Assembly: GCA_965228875.1 (NCBI GenBank)
Contig: OZ245843.1
Span: 1,904,616 to 1,968,615, forward strand
Reading direction: 5' to 3'
Source of the DNA: Thalassobaculaceae bacterium
GTDB lineage: Bacteria; Pseudomonadota; Alphaproteobacteria; Thalassobaculales; Thalassobaculaceae
Length of the DNA: 64,000 nt
The notes under the pieces are model-generated. The model was not told the DNA's origin. It did not search any database and saw only the letters and a program-made list of their open reading frames with translations. Below are positions 45,414 through 56,079 of the stretch, piece after piece. The first letter of the stretch is position 1. Every line of letters starts with the position of its first letter. Made by a program: the position numbers and the translations under genes.

Positions 45414-46148
45414 GTGACCGGGTTTCTGGGCAAACTGCCGACGGTCGGCGATTTCGTGTCCCGCGGTGTGCCGACCGTGCTCGAGACCACGTGGATGGAC
45501 CTGACGGACAGCGCCTTCGCCCTTGGCGCACGGCGCGGCGGCGCCGACTGGTACGAGACATGCCAGGACGCCGCACCACTCTGCTTCGCCCTGGCTCCCG
45601 GCGCCTTGGGCACCGCCGCATGGATAGGCCTCCTGCGGCCGAGCCTGGACAGTTTCGGACGCAGCTACCCCTTCACCGTCCTGGCCCAGGTGCCGGAGGG
45701 TGTGCCGCTCCTCGCGGTGCCGACGCGCCTTGCCCGCTGGTTCGCCAGGGTCGACATCGCCGTGCTGTCGGCGATGGAAGGGTCCCTGACGGTGGACCGC
45801 CTGGGCGCCGTGCTTGCCGAGATCGGCGCGACGCCGCCGCAACCGGGGCCACCGTCACAGCCCGTTCGGCTTCAATTCGGCCGCGAATCAGTTCAGGGTT
45901 GGCGCGGTCCGGTCGGACTCGGCGACGATGCCGGCACGATCGCGTGGTACGAGATGCTGTTGTCGGAAATCCTGTGCGAGGAGGCGACGCCGACGCTGTG
46001 GTGGCAGTTGGCGGCAGGGGGCGCGTCGACGCCGAGCGCGCTGCTTCGGACCATGCCGGACGCATCCGCGTTCCGGTCTTTCCTCGCCGGCGAGTGGCCT
46101 CGGAACGACAGCCCGGCCGCAACCGACGCGGCGGAGGGACCGGCGTGA
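45414..46148 (+). CDS. tagF: T6SS post-translational repressor TagF
   Basis: GFLGKLPTVGDFV, PSLDSFGRSYPF. Confidence 0.9.
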   Translation: MTGFLGKLPTVGDFVSRGVPTVLETTWMDLTDSAFALGARRGGADWYETCQDAAPLCFALAPGALGTAAWIGLLRPSLDSFGRSYPFTVLAQVPEGVPLLAVPTRLARWFARVDIAVLSAMEGSLTVDRLGAVLAEIGATPPQPGPPSQPVRLQFGRESVQGWRGPVGLGDDAGTIAWYEMLLSEILCEEATPTLWWQLAAGGASTPSALLRTMPDASAFRSFLAGEWPRNDSPAATDAAEGPA

Positions 46149-46909
46149 CCGTCTGGCATCAGCTCGCCTGGAGGTCCGCCGGCCAGTCGCGCCGCGGCCC
46201 GCGACGGGAGGTCAACGAGGACGCGTTTCTCGACGCCGGGGAGCGCGGTCTCTGGGTCGTCGCCGACGGGATGGGCGGACACACCGCCGGCGATCTGGCG
46301 AGCGACGGGATCTGCCGGGAACTCGGGGCACTCGACCTGTATCCGACGATCAACGAATCCATCGCCCGCATCGAGACCGCCCTGCGCCGGGTGAATGTCG
46401 GGCTGCGTTCCGAGGCCCGGTCGCGTGGATCGGACGTCCTCATCGGCTCGACCTTCGCCGCCCTGCTGATCCGGGGGCGCCACGCGGTGTGTCTGTGGAG
46501 CGGCGACAGCCGCGCCTATCTTGCCCGCGGCGACACCCTCTACCAGCTTACCCGCGATCACAAACTGGTCGAGGACCTGGTCTGCTCCGGCGAGATCCAG
46601 GCCGAAGACGCCGCCCGCCATCCGCACCGCCATGTCGTCACCCGGGCGATCGGGGCGGACGACACCGTGCATATCGATCTGAACCACGTCACCCTGGCCG
46701 ACGGTGACCGGCTGCTCCTGTGTACTGACGGGCTGTCGGACTGCCTCACGCCACAGATCATCGCCGACACCTTGCGGGACGACCCGCGGGACAGCGTGCA
46801 CAGGCTGCTCGATGCCGGCGATCTGCGCGGACGCAAGGACGATGCGACGGCGGTCGCCATCGCCATCGTCGGCGAGGCCGCCGCGGATGATCGGACCACC
46901 GCGCCATGA
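46145..46909 (+). CDS. pppA: PP2C-family Ser/Thr phosphatase
   Basis: REVNEDA, VADGMGGH, GDSRAY, LLCTDGL, DDAT; GTG start overlaps the tagF stop. Confidence 0.9.
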   Translation: MTVWHQLAWRSAGQSRRGPRREVNEDAFLDAGERGLWVVADGMGGHTAGDLASDGICRELGALDLYPTINESIARIETALRRVNVGLRSEARSRGSDVLIGSTFAALLIRGRHAVCLWSGDSRAYLARGDTLYQLTRDHKLVEDLVCSGEIQAEDAARHPHRHVVTRAIGADDTVHIDLNHVTLADGDRLLLCTDGLSDCLTPQIIADTLRDDPRDSVHRLLDAGDLRGRKDDATAVAIAIVGEAAADDRTTAP

Positions 46910-48753
46910 GCATTCCCCGCGACGAAACGCGGGACATCGCGATTCCGGCGGCCCCCGATCCGTTCGCCGGCCGCCTGCGCGCCGCGGTGATCGCGCTCGC
47001 CGCCAATCCGGGCGACGACCGCACGCGCAGGAGCCTGGCGGCCATGCTCGGATACGGTCCGGGCGCGCGCAGCGCGTTCGACGGCATCGTCGCCGAACTC
47101 GCCGAAAGGCAGGCGATCGACCGCCGCGCCGCCGTCATGCTGCGGGCCCTGGCCACCCGCGTGCGAAAGCTGGAGACCGTCGACGACCGCACCCTGATCG
47201 TCAACGCCCTCAGCGCCGAAGCGTCCGCCGACGACGAGAGCACGGTCGTCTACAGCCATGGGGAGGACGCCGAGGCCCCGGAGCCCGAGACGGCGCATCG
47301 GGCACCGGGCGAAGGCGATCTGATCGACGGCCGGTTCGAGCTCGGCACCCTGATCGGCGTCGGCGGCATGGCGGTGGTGTTCCACGCCCACGACCGTCGG
47401 GCCGACCGCGAGGTCGCCGTGAAACTGCTCAAGGACGCCTTTCTCGATACCGCGGCGGCGTTCGAGGCGTTCACCCGGGAGGCGAAGCGCACGGCAGCCA
47501 TCGACGATCCCGGCGTCGTCCGGATCCTGGCGTCGGGTCGTCATGAGGGACGGCCCTACACGGTGATGGAGTACCTCGACGGGACACCGCTCAGCCGCAT
47601 GCTGAAAGCGCGCGAAGGCCGGGCCGTCACCTGGGCGCGCACCCTGGATTTCGTGACCGCCGTCGGCCGCAGCCTCGCCGCCGCCCATGCGAGGAACATC
47701 GTTCACTGCGACCTGAAACCGAGCAACCTGTTCCTACTCGCCGACGGCTCCTGGAAGGTGCTGGATTTCGGCGTGGCCCAGGAGTTCCGGGGGTCGGGAT
47801 CCGACCAGTCACCGCGCGAGAAGCCTACGGAACCGGCGATCGAGGCGCTGACCCCCGCCTATGCCAGCCAGGAGCAGCTGCGCCACATGGCGCCCGATCC
47901 GCGCGACGACATCTTTTCGCTGGCCGTGATCACCTACGAGATGCTGACCGGCCTGCACCCGTTCGACCGGTTGCCGGCGGATCAGGCCCGGGCCCGTCGC
48001 CTGCAGCCGCCGCGTCCCGAGGATCTCCCGGCAAGGGCCTGGAAGACCCTGCGACGAGGCCTCGCCTTCGAGCGGGACAGCCGGCCCAAGTCGATGGCCG
48101 CTTTCCTGCGCGGCCTGCGCAAGCCGCGACCGGTCCTGCCGTTCGTCGTCCTCGCCCTGCTGCTCGCGATCGGTGGCGCCGTCGCGCTGCGCCCTGACCT
48201 CGCCCAGCGCGTCGCGCGCGATGTCGGTGCCGGGGGTCATGCCGGCATGGCGTATCTCGAGGACGATCAGCGGTTCCTTCAGGCTGTGCTGGACCTGCGC
48301 GCCGGCGACGGTCCCCTCGGGGCACCGATCATCGCCGCCACCCGACCGCTGATCGAGGACCGGATCCGCCGCCTCGCCCAGGTCGATTCCGAGACGCCGA
48401 CGGAGCGCCTGCGGCTCGCGAACTGGGCGACCCGCGTGGGCCAGACCCTGTTCCCCGGCGACGCAACGATCCATCAGATCGCCGAGCGACCGTTCAACCT
48501 GCTGCTGCTGGACCTGGCGGACCGGCTCGGCCGCGACGATCCCCTGCCTCCGGCCGTTCTCGCTGACGAGGTCGTTCTGCTGCGGGCCAGCGATCCGCAG
48601 TCGTATGCCGGGGTCGAGGACGTGATCGTCGACCTGATCCTGGAGCGGTTGCGCAAGCTGGACGACCCGACGGCGGTCCGGGAACTGATCGCGACGGCCC
48701 GGACGCTGTTCCCGCAGGAATCCTGGGTCGAGCCGGCGCCGCCGGCGCGATGA
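46906..48753 (+). CDS. ppkA: Membrane-bound Hanks-type Ser/Thr kinase
   Basis: IGVGGMA, VAVK, HCDLKPSN, DFG, TPAYAS; TM segment after the kinase domain; T6SS context. Confidence 0.85.
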   Translation: MSIPRDETRDIAIPAAPDPFAGRLRAAVIALAANPGDDRTRRSLAAMLGYGPGARSAFDGIVAELAERQAIDRRAAVMLRALATRVRKLETVDDRTLIVNALSAEASADDESTVVYSHGEDAEAPEPETAHRAPGEGDLIDGRFELGTLIGVGGMAVVFHAHDRRADREVAVKLLKDAFLDTAAAFEAFTREAKRTAAIDDPGVVRILASGRHEGRPYTVMEYLDGTPLSRMLKAREGRAVTWARTLDFVTAVGRSLAAAHARNIVHCDLKPSNLFLLADGSWKVLDFGVAQEFRGSGSDQSPREKPTEPAIEALTPAYASQEQLRHMAPDPRDDIFSLAVITYEMLTGLHPFDRLPADQARARRLQPPRPEDLPARAWKTLRRGLAFERDSRPKSMAAFLRGLRKPRPVLPFVVLALLLAIGGAVALRPDLAQRVARDVGAGGHAGMAYLEDDQRFLQAVLDLRAGDGPLGAPIIAATRPLIEDRIRRLAQVDSETPTERLRLANWATRVGQTLFPGDATIHQIAERPFNLLLLDLADRLGRDDPLPPAVLADEVVLLRASDPQSYAGVEDVIVDLILERLRKLDDPTAVRELIATARTLFPQESWVEPAPPAR

Positions 48754-49175
48754 CCGCGCACCCGCCCTTCACCGATCCGGCGGTCGAGGAGGCGTTCGCC
48801 CGGTCGCCGGCCGGGGTGAGGACTGCACTGCTGAACCTGCGCCGGCTGATCCTGGAAACCGCAGCGGACCTTCCAGAGGTCGGCCCGGTCGTCGAGACGC
48901 TCAAATGGGGCCAGCCCGCCTACCTGCCGAAACGCCCGCGGATCGGCACCACCTTGCGCATCGGCGCCCTCACGGGTCGGAACGACGGGGTGGCGCTGTT
49001 CTTCCACTGCCAGAGCCGGCTGGGGGAGGTGTACCGCGAGCGTTACGGCGACACGCTGACCGTCGTCGGCGACCGGTCGATCGAGTTGGAGGCGGACGGC
49101 GCATTGCCGCGCGAGGCGCTGAAGCATTGCATCGCGCTGGCGCTGACCTATCACCTGCGCAAGCGGACCAGGTAA
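48750..49175 (+). CDS. DUF1801 (YdhG-like) protein
   Basis: LRRLI, ETLKWGQPAY, LFFHCQS, ALTYH; ATGA overlap with ppkA. Confidence 0.8.
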   Translation: MTAHPPFTDPAVEEAFARSPAGVRTALLNLRRLILETAADLPEVGPVVETLKWGQPAYLPKRPRIGTTLRIGALTGRNDGVALFFHCQSRLGEVYRERYGDTLTVVGDRSIELEADGALPREALKHCIALALTYHLRKRTR

Positions 49176-49200
49176 CCAGTCCCAGTCGCCACACTGCTCC

Positions 49201-49303
49201 CCCCGGGTCCCGGCTCAAGGCCGCGAGGTCGATGAGGAGGCAAGCCCCGCCCCCCCCCCCGACTTCCCGGACACGCCCGCAGGGCTGATCCGGGACCCAG
49301 GGG
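49201..49303. repeat. REP-like palindromic element containing a C11 run
   Basis: GGGTCCCGG...CCGGGACCC inverted pair; CGGCTCAAGGCCG core also resembles the element at 56847-56940. Confidence 0.5.
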
Positions 49304-49321
49304 TGGACCTCGGCAGGACCG

Positions 49322-50049
<728 letters not shown>

Positions 50050-50053
<4 letters not shown>

Positions 50054-50820
50054 TCGGTTTCCTCCCCGCCCCACTCCTCTTCCCCCAGATAGGCGCTGCG
50101 CACCTCCGGATCGGCGCGGATGTCCGCCGGCGTCCCTTCCGCGATCACCCGGCCGTAGACCAGGACCGAGATCGTGTCGGCCAGCGCGAACACCGCGGTC
50201 ATGTCGTGCTCCACCAGGACGATGGTAAAGCGGCCCCGAAGCCCTTCCAGCGTCGCGGTCAGCCTCGCCGTCTCCTCGTGAGTGGTGCCGGCCATCGGCT
50301 CGTCCAGGAGCAGCACCTTCGGATCGGTCGCCAGCGCCATGGCGATCTCGAGGCGGCGCTTTTCACCGTGACTCAGCGCGCCGGCCGGGATCGCCGCCCG
50401 GTCGGCCAGCCCGACGGTCTCCAGGCAGGCCATCGCCCGCTCGACCAGGGCGGCCTCGCCCGCAACCCGGGCCAGGAACCGGAAACTGTGCCCGGCATGG
50501 GCCTGGGCGGCGACCGCCACGTTGTCCAGGGTGGAGAAGCCCGGCAGCACGTTGGTGATCTGAAAGGAGCGCGCCAGACCCAGATGGGAGCGCCTGTGGA
50601 CGGGCAGAGAGGTGATCTCCCGACCCTCAAGAAAGATATGGCCGGCGTCCGGCGAGAGCTGGCCGCCGATCTGGTTTATCAGCGTGGTCTTACCTGCCCC
50701 GTTCGGACCGATAATCGCATGGATCGCACCGGGAGAAACGGCAAGGTCCACGCCGTCCGTGACGGCCAGGGCGCCGAAACTTTTCCTCAGGCCGCGGAGA
50801 TTCAGAACCGGGTCAGCCAC
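50050..50820 (-). CDS. HAAT ABC transporter ATPase (LivG-like)
   Basis: GPNGAGKTT, LSHGEKRRLE, LLDEPMAG, AYLG. Confidence 0.93.
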
Positions 50821-51763
50821 CGCCCGCCCCCCGCGAGAAGGCGCGGGCGAGGCCGCCGCGCGCGTACAGCACGATCAGGATCAGGATCGGACCGAAAATC
50901 ACCCGCCAGTGCTCGGTGAAACCGGCCAGCACGTCCTCCATCGCCAGATAGGCGACGGCGCCGAGCACCGCGCCATGGAGCGTCCCCATTCCGCCGAGCA
51001 CGACCATGATGATCAGGTCGCCCGACCGCTGCCACGACATGTAGGCCGGGCTGACGAACTCGGCGTGGTTGGCCAGCAGCGCGCCAGCGAGCCCGGCCAT
51101 CATCCCGGCCATCACGTAGGCCACGAGCTGGTGGCGGTAGGGATCGAAGCCGACCGCCGCCATGCGCTCCCGGTTCTCGCGCACGCCGGCGATCACCCGA
51201 CCGAACCGGCTCCCGGTCATCCGGCCGGCGAACCACCAGCACAGGGCGAGGCAGGCCAGCACGAAAAAATACAGCGACCGGTCGTCTTCCAGCAGCGGCT
51301 GGCCCAGCAGCTCGCTGCGCCCCCAGATGGTGAGGCCATCGTCCCCGCCATAGGCCGACAGGCTGGAGGCGGTGTAGTAGGCCATCTGTCCGAAGGCGAG
51401 GGTGATCATGATGAAGTAGACACCGCGGGTGCGCAGGCTGATGGCACCGGTGACCAGCGCGAACAGTCCCGCCGCCGCCATCGCCAGCGGCAGGGTCAAC
51501 GCCCCTTCCCACAGGTTGTGCTCGGCCGAGATCCCGACGGCATAGGCGCCGATGCCGATGAAGGCGGCGTGGCCGAAGCTGACCATCGCGCCGTAGCCCA
51601 GGATCAGGTCGAGGCTGAGGGCGGCGATGGCATAGATCATCACCCGGCTGGCGACGATGGTGAGGTAACCGTGATCCGTCGCGTCCGCGACCGGCGGCAG
51701 CGCGGCGAAGGCGATCAGCAGGAGGCCGGTGATCAGCCGCCCCCGCGTCAGCACGCGGGGCAT
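50813..51763 (-). CDS. HAAT ABC permease (LivM-like)
   Basis: GYGAMVSFGHAAF, GVYFIMITLAF, VVLGGMG. Confidence 0.92.
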   Translation of the reverse strand: MPRVLTRGRLITGLLLIAFAALPPVADATDHGYLTIVASRVMIYAIAALSLDLILGYGAMVSFGHAAFIGIGAYAVGISAEHNLWEGALTLPLAMAAAGLFALVTGAISLRTRGVYFIMITLAFGQMAYYTASSLSAYGGDDGLTIWGRSELLGQPLLEDDRSLYFFVLACLALCWWFAGRMTGSRFGRVIAGVRENRERMAAVGFDPYRHQLVAYVMAGMMAGLAGALLANHAEFVSPAYMSWQRSGDLIIMVVLGGMGTLHGAVLGAVAYLAMEDVLAGFTEHWRVIFGPILILIVLYARGGLARAFSRGAGGG

Positions 51764-52690
51764 CTACGACCTGCCCTGCGCCGGGAACAGCCCGGTCGGC
51801 CGGAAGAACAGCACCCCCGCCATCAGCACGTAGATCAGCATCGAGGCGATCGCCGGGCCGACCTGGTTGGCGGCCGAGGGTTCGAGGAACGCCTTGAAGA
51901 TGTCGGTCATGAAGGAGCGGCCGAGCGTGTCGACGAGTCCGACGATCAGCGCCGCCAGGAACGCGCCGCGGATCGAGCCGATGCCGCCGATGACGATCAC
52001 GACGAAGGCGAGGATCAGCACGCCGTCGCCCATCCCCGGCTCCACCGACAGGATCGGGCCGGCCATGATCCCGGCGAAGCCCGCCAGCATGGCGCCGAAA
52101 CCGAAGACGATCATGAACAGCCGCCGCACGTCGATGCCCAGCGCCGACAGCATCGCCGGATTGGCGGCCCCGGCGCGGATGAGCATGCCGACGCGGGTGC
52201 GCGTCACCACTACCCAGAGCCCCAGCGCGCAGGCCAGACCCGCGACGATCAGCGCGATCCGGTAGATCGGGTAGCCGAAACCCTCCATGACCGGGATCGT
52301 TCCCTGCAGGATCTCCGGTCCCGGATAGCTCAGCGGCGCCGCCCCCCAGACGATCCGAACGCCCTCGTTCAGGAACAGGATGACGCCGAAGGTGGCGAGC
52401 ACCTGGTCCAGATGGTCGCGGTCGTAGAAGTGCCGGAACACCAGCACCTCGAGCAGCAGCCCCAGCACCAGGGCGGCCACGAGCGCCAGAACCACCGTGG
52501 CGAAGAAGTTTCCGGTCAGCGTGTAGAAGGTGACGGCCAGATAGGCGCCCAGCATGTACTGCACGCCGTGCGCCAGGTTGATGAAGTCCATCACCCCGAA
52601 CACCAGCGTCAGCCCTGCCGCCACCAGGAACAGCAGCACCCCGAGCTGCAATCCGTTCAACACCTGCACCGCGAACAGCGTCGCCGTCAT
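51764..52690 (-). CDS. HAAT ABC permease (LivH-like)
   Basis: LNGLQLG..GLTLVFGVMDFINLAHG, VIGGIGS. Confidence 0.92.
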   Translation of the reverse strand: MTATLFAVQVLNGLQLGVLLFLVAAGLTLVFGVMDFINLAHGVQYMLGAYLAVTFYTLTGNFFATVVLALVAALVLGLLLEVLVFRHFYDRDHLDQVLATFGVILFLNEGVRIVWGAAPLSYPGPEILQGTIPVMEGFGYPIYRIALIVAGLACALGLWVVVTRTRVGMLIRAGAANPAMLSALGIDVRRLFMIVFGFGAMLAGFAGIMAGPILSVEPGMGDGVLILAFVVIVIGGIGSIRGAFLAALIVGLVDTLGRSFMTDIFKAFLEPSAANQVGPAIASMLIYVLMAGVLFFRPTGLFPAQGRS

Positions 52691-52730
52691 GCTCCCCCAG
52701 CACCCTCGGTAAGTTCAGGCTTCCCCGTAT

Positions 52731-52764
52731 AACAGAAACGGGCGGAACCCGAAGGCTCCGCCCG
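52731..52764 (-). terminator. Stem-loop after the substrate-binding protein gene (attenuator or mRNA stabiliser)
   Basis: Minus strand GGGCGGAGCC-TTCG-GGTTCCGCCC followed by GTTTCTGTT. Confidence 0.6.
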
Positions 52765-52784
52765 CCCGTCGCGGCCGCGGCCGG

Positions 52785-53966
52785 TCACTTCATGCGGCAG
52801 TCCTTGGCGTGGTTGTCGCCGTAGTCGTCGAACACCTTCTCCACCGGCGTGGTGTAGTAGGAGCCGTCATCGCCCTTGACTGCCTTGACCAGATAGAAGT
52901 CCTGGATCGGGAAGTGGTTGTTGTTGTAGCGGAAATCGCCGCGCACCGAGGCGAAATCGGCATTCTTGAGGGCGGCGATCACCGCCTTCTTGTCGCTCAG
53001 GTCGCCGCCGACCGCCGCGACCGCGCTGTCGATCAACTGCGCGGCATCGTAGCCCTGGCTGGAATACAGCGACGGCAGCGAGCCGTACTTCGCCTTGTAG
53101 GCGGCCACGAACTTCTTGTTGGCGGCATTGTCCAGGTCGGGCGTCCACTGCGAGGCCGAGAACAGGCCGAGGGCCGCGTCCTTGGTCGCCGGCAGGGTGG
53201 TGCCGTCGACGGTGAAGGCCGACAGGAAGGTGACCTTTTCGGCGAGGCCGGCCTGATTGAACTGGCGCACCAGGTTCACGCCCATGCCGCCCGGCATGAA
53301 GGTGAACAGCGCGTCGGAGCCGGACGCCGCGATCTTCGCCAGTTCCGCGGAGAAATCGAGGTTGCCGAGCTTGGTGTAGACCTCGTCCGCCACCTCGCCT
53401 TTGTAGTAGCGCTTGAAGCCGTTGATGCTGTCCTTGCCCGCCTGGTAGTTGGGGGCCATCAGGAACACCTTCTTGAAGCCCTTGTCCTGGGCGTACTTGC
53501 CCATGACCTCGTGGATCTGGTCGTTCTGCCAGGAGGTCGAGAAGAAGTACTCGTTGCAGGCCCGGCCGGCGAAGGTCGAGGTGCCGGCATTGGCGCCGAT
53601 CAGGAACGTCTCGCTCTCGGTCACCGGACGGAACACCGCCTGCAGGATGTTCGAGAACACGACGCCGGCGACGAAGTCGACCTTGTCGCGCTCCAGCAGT
53701 TCCTTGGCCTTGGTCAGCGCCACGTCGGGCTTCAGTTCGTCGTCGACGACCGTCAGCGAGACCTCACGGCCGCCGAGCTTGCCGCCGTTCTCCTCGACGA
53801 AGAGCTGGAAGCCGTCGCGGATGTGCTTGCCCAGCACCGCCGGCGGGCCGGACAGCGTGACCAGCATGCCGACCTTCAACGGTTCCGCCGCCTGCGCGCT
53901 CCCGAACGCCCCGGCCACCGCCATTCCGGCAGCCAGCGCGGCCGCCACGAATCCCCTACGCATCAT
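52785..53966 (-). CDS. HAAT ABC substrate-binding protein, possibly for aromatic acids
   Basis: Signal peptide; KLGG..V..VDDELKPD, APNYQAGKD, FMPGGMG, NNHFPIQDFY. Confidence 0.9.
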   Translation of the reverse strand: MMRRGFVAAALAAGMAVAGAFGSAQAAEPLKVGMLVTLSGPPAVLGKHIRDGFQLFVEENGGKLGGREVSLTVVDDELKPDVALTKAKELLERDKVDFVAGVVFSNILQAVFRPVTESETFLIGANAGTSTFAGRACNEYFFSTSWQNDQIHEVMGKYAQDKGFKKVFLMAPNYQAGKDSINGFKRYYKGEVADEVYTKLGNLDFSAELAKIAASGSDALFTFMPGGMGVNLVRQFNQAGLAEKVTFLSAFTVDGTTLPATKDAALGLFSASQWTPDLDNAANKKFVAAYKAKYGSLPSLYSSQGYDAAQLIDSAVAAVGGDLSDKKAVIAALKNADFASVRGDFRYNNNHFPIQDFYLVKAVKGDDGSYYTTPVEKVFDDYGDNHAKDCRMK

Positions 53967-54092
53967 ACCTCTCCCTTCCGGTTCCCTGTTCCAGCCTGCG
54001 CTCGGCGCCCGAAGCGCCCCGACCGGCCTTGGCCGCCGGTTTCGCGGGGCAGAATGCCCGGCTCGGGCGCGGTTTCCAAGCCCGAGGCGACT

Positions 54093-54566
54093 CTACCGGT
54101 AAGGCTGGTCGAGAATGTCCGGCATCAGGCCGGGGATCACCAGCCGGTGTCCCCCCATTCCGCCGCAGCGTCCCTCGTGCACCGAGGCGGCGGTCGCGTC
54201 CAGCGGAACCGAGTAGACGCACATCGCCAAGCGGCAGCGGCTTTCGCCGTCCGGACCGTCGGCGAGCGGCTGGTAAAGGCTGGCGCGCACCGCCTCGAAG
54301 GTGTCATCGCGGTGATCCAGAACGTCGGCGAACAGTGACGAGGCGATCTCGAAGCGGCCCCAGTCCCACTCCTCCGCCATGGCGACCTGCAGGCCGTCCG
54401 TACCGCCGGTCAGGCCCTGCGCGACGAGCCTCGCCGGGCAAAGCTCGAGCGCCCGCTGGCGATAGGTGTCGACCAGATCGCCGGATCGCCAGCGCGACCA
54501 GAGGCCGGCGACCACCACCGCGAGGGCGACGGCGATGATCAGGGAGCGGTACCAGGTCAGTTCCAT
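54093..54566 (-). CDS. Hypothetical membrane-anchored protein
   Basis: N-terminal TM helix, four Cys; co-oriented and directly downstream of hemN. Confidence 0.55.
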   Translation of the reverse strand: MELTWYRSLIIAVALAVVVAGLWSRWRSGDLVDTYRQRALELCPARLVAQGLTGGTDGLQVAMAEEWDWGRFEIASSLFADVLDHRDDTFEAVRASLYQPLADGPDGESRCRLAMCVYSVPLDATAASVHEGRCGGMGGHRLVIPGLMPDILDQPYR

Positions 54567-54597
54567 TCGGCGAGGGTAGCGCCATCGCCGTGCGCCG

Positions 54598-55941
54598 TCA
54601 CACCGCCGCGCTGTGCCTGCCGGCCGCCGGCGTCAGCTCCGGATCGAAACAGGCCGCCAGCGTTCGCCAGTACCGACGCCCGGCCCGGGTCGCGGCAATC
54701 CGCCAGCCGTCGACCTCCACCAGCCGGTCCTCGATCAGCGGCGTCAGCCGGTCTCGGGCATCGGCGAGCCGGTCGGCATCCTGTCCCAGATCGTCGGCAA
54801 CGCGCGCCACGTCGACGGCGCCGTCGCACAGGACCCGCTCGATCACCGCGCGCCGCAGCCGGTCCACCTCGGTCACCGCGACGCCTCGAGCCGTCGGCAT
54901 TCGCTCGCCATCGACCGCATCGCTCCAGTCCCTGATGTTCGGGAAGGTCTGGGCATAACCGGCCGGCAGGGCCGAGATCGCCGAGGGGCCGAAGCCGAGC
55001 AGTGTCGCCGCCGGGTCGTCTGTGTAGCCCTGGAAGTTCCGCCGCAGCCGGCCTTCCCGCGCCGCAACCGCAAGTCCGTCCCGCGGCAACGCGAAGTGGT
55101 CGATGCCGATCGCCTGATAGCCGTCGGACACGAGTTGTTCCTCCACCGCCTCCGCCTGGGCGAAACGCGCCTCGGCGTCCGGCAGCAGGGCGGCGTCGAT
55201 CGCGCTCTGATGCTTCTTGAACCATGGCACGTGGGCGTAACCGAACACCGCGACCCGGTCGACGCCGAGGGAGCGGACCACGTCGGCGGAGCGCCGGACA
55301 TGATCCTCCGTCTGCCCCGGCAACCCGTACATCAGGTCGGCATTAATGCTGTCGATGCCGGCTTCGCGCAGGGCGGCGATCTTCTCCGCCACCAGATCCG
55401 TCGGCTGGATCCGGTTGATGGCGCGCTGCACCTGCGGATCGACGTCCTGCACGCCGAGGCTGGCCCGGTTCACCCCGCCCGCCGCCATCGTGGCCACATG
55501 CGCATCGTCCAGGGTCCGGGGATCGATCTCCACGGCGATCTCGGCGTCGGGCGCCAGCACGAACGATGTCCGCAGGGCCCGCAAGACCGCGGCGAACGCC
55601 TCCGGCGACATCATGGTCGGCGTACCGCCGCCGAAATGAACCGCACGGACGGGTCCCGCGTGGACGACACGCTTCGCCACGGCGGCGATCTCGTCGAGCA
55701 ACCGGTCGACAAACCGGTCGACGCGCGATCGGTCGTTGGCGACGCTGGTGTGGCAGCCGCAATACCAGCAGAGCCGCTCGCAGAAAGGGACGTGGAGGTA
55801 CAGCGAGAGCGGTTCGCCGTCGGGGATCTGGTCCAACCACCAGGCATGCACGTCGCCGTCGATACCGTCGTGAAACCGGTTGGCCGGCGGATAGCTGGTG
55901 TAGCGCGGCAGGGCGGCGGTCGCGTGTCGCTGCAGGAACAT
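54598..55941 (-). CDS. hemN: Oxygen-independent coproporphyrinogen III oxidase
   Basis: PRYTSYP, LYLHVPFCERLCWYCGC, HFGGGTPT, RNFQGY. Confidence 0.95.
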   Translation of the reverse strand: MFLQRHATAALPRYTSYPPANRFHDGIDGDVHAWWLDQIPDGEPLSLYLHVPFCERLCWYCGCHTSVANDRSRVDRFVDRLLDEIAAVAKRVVHAGPVRAVHFGGGTPTMMSPEAFAAVLRALRTSFVLAPDAEIAVEIDPRTLDDAHVATMAAGGVNRASLGVQDVDPQVQRAINRIQPTDLVAEKIAALREAGIDSINADLMYGLPGQTEDHVRRSADVVRSLGVDRVAVFGYAHVPWFKKHQSAIDAALLPDAEARFAQAEAVEEQLVSDGYQAIGIDHFALPRDGLAVAAREGRLRRNFQGYTDDPAATLLGFGPSAISALPAGYAQTFPNIRDWSDAVDGERMPTARGVAVTEVDRLRRAVIERVLCDGAVDVARVADDLGQDADRLADARDRLTPLIEDRLVEVDGWRIAATRAGRRYWRTLAACFDPELTPAAGRHSAAV

Positions 55942-55997
55942 GGGCGGTTCACCTCCGGTTATCGCCGCCTTCCTCGCATCCGCGTTCCGTCGCCGCC

Positions 55998-56011
55998 TTG
56001 ATGCAGGTCAA
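55998..56011. promoter_or_regulatory. FNR/FixK box upstream of hemN
   Basis: TTGAT-GCAG-GTCAA, one mismatch to TTGAT-N4-ATCAA; 57-70 bp upstream of hemN. Confidence 0.75.
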
Positions 56012-56079
56012 TTCGGGGCTCCCCCCGGCGTGCCGATCCCCTACTCTGGAAAAAACCGAACAGTAGCAGGGAGGCTCCG

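Noticed and set aside
42439..45621. 1060-aa minus-strand ORF
   Set aside because: Antisense shadow of tssM
49250..49260. C11 run as a phase-variation site
   Set aside because: Intergenic between convergent stop codons, so no coding or promoter effect is evident
13334..49320. T6SS as a recently acquired mobile island
   Set aside because: No integrase, transposase, tRNA or flanking direct repeats seen; composition looks similar to the flanks by eye (not computed)
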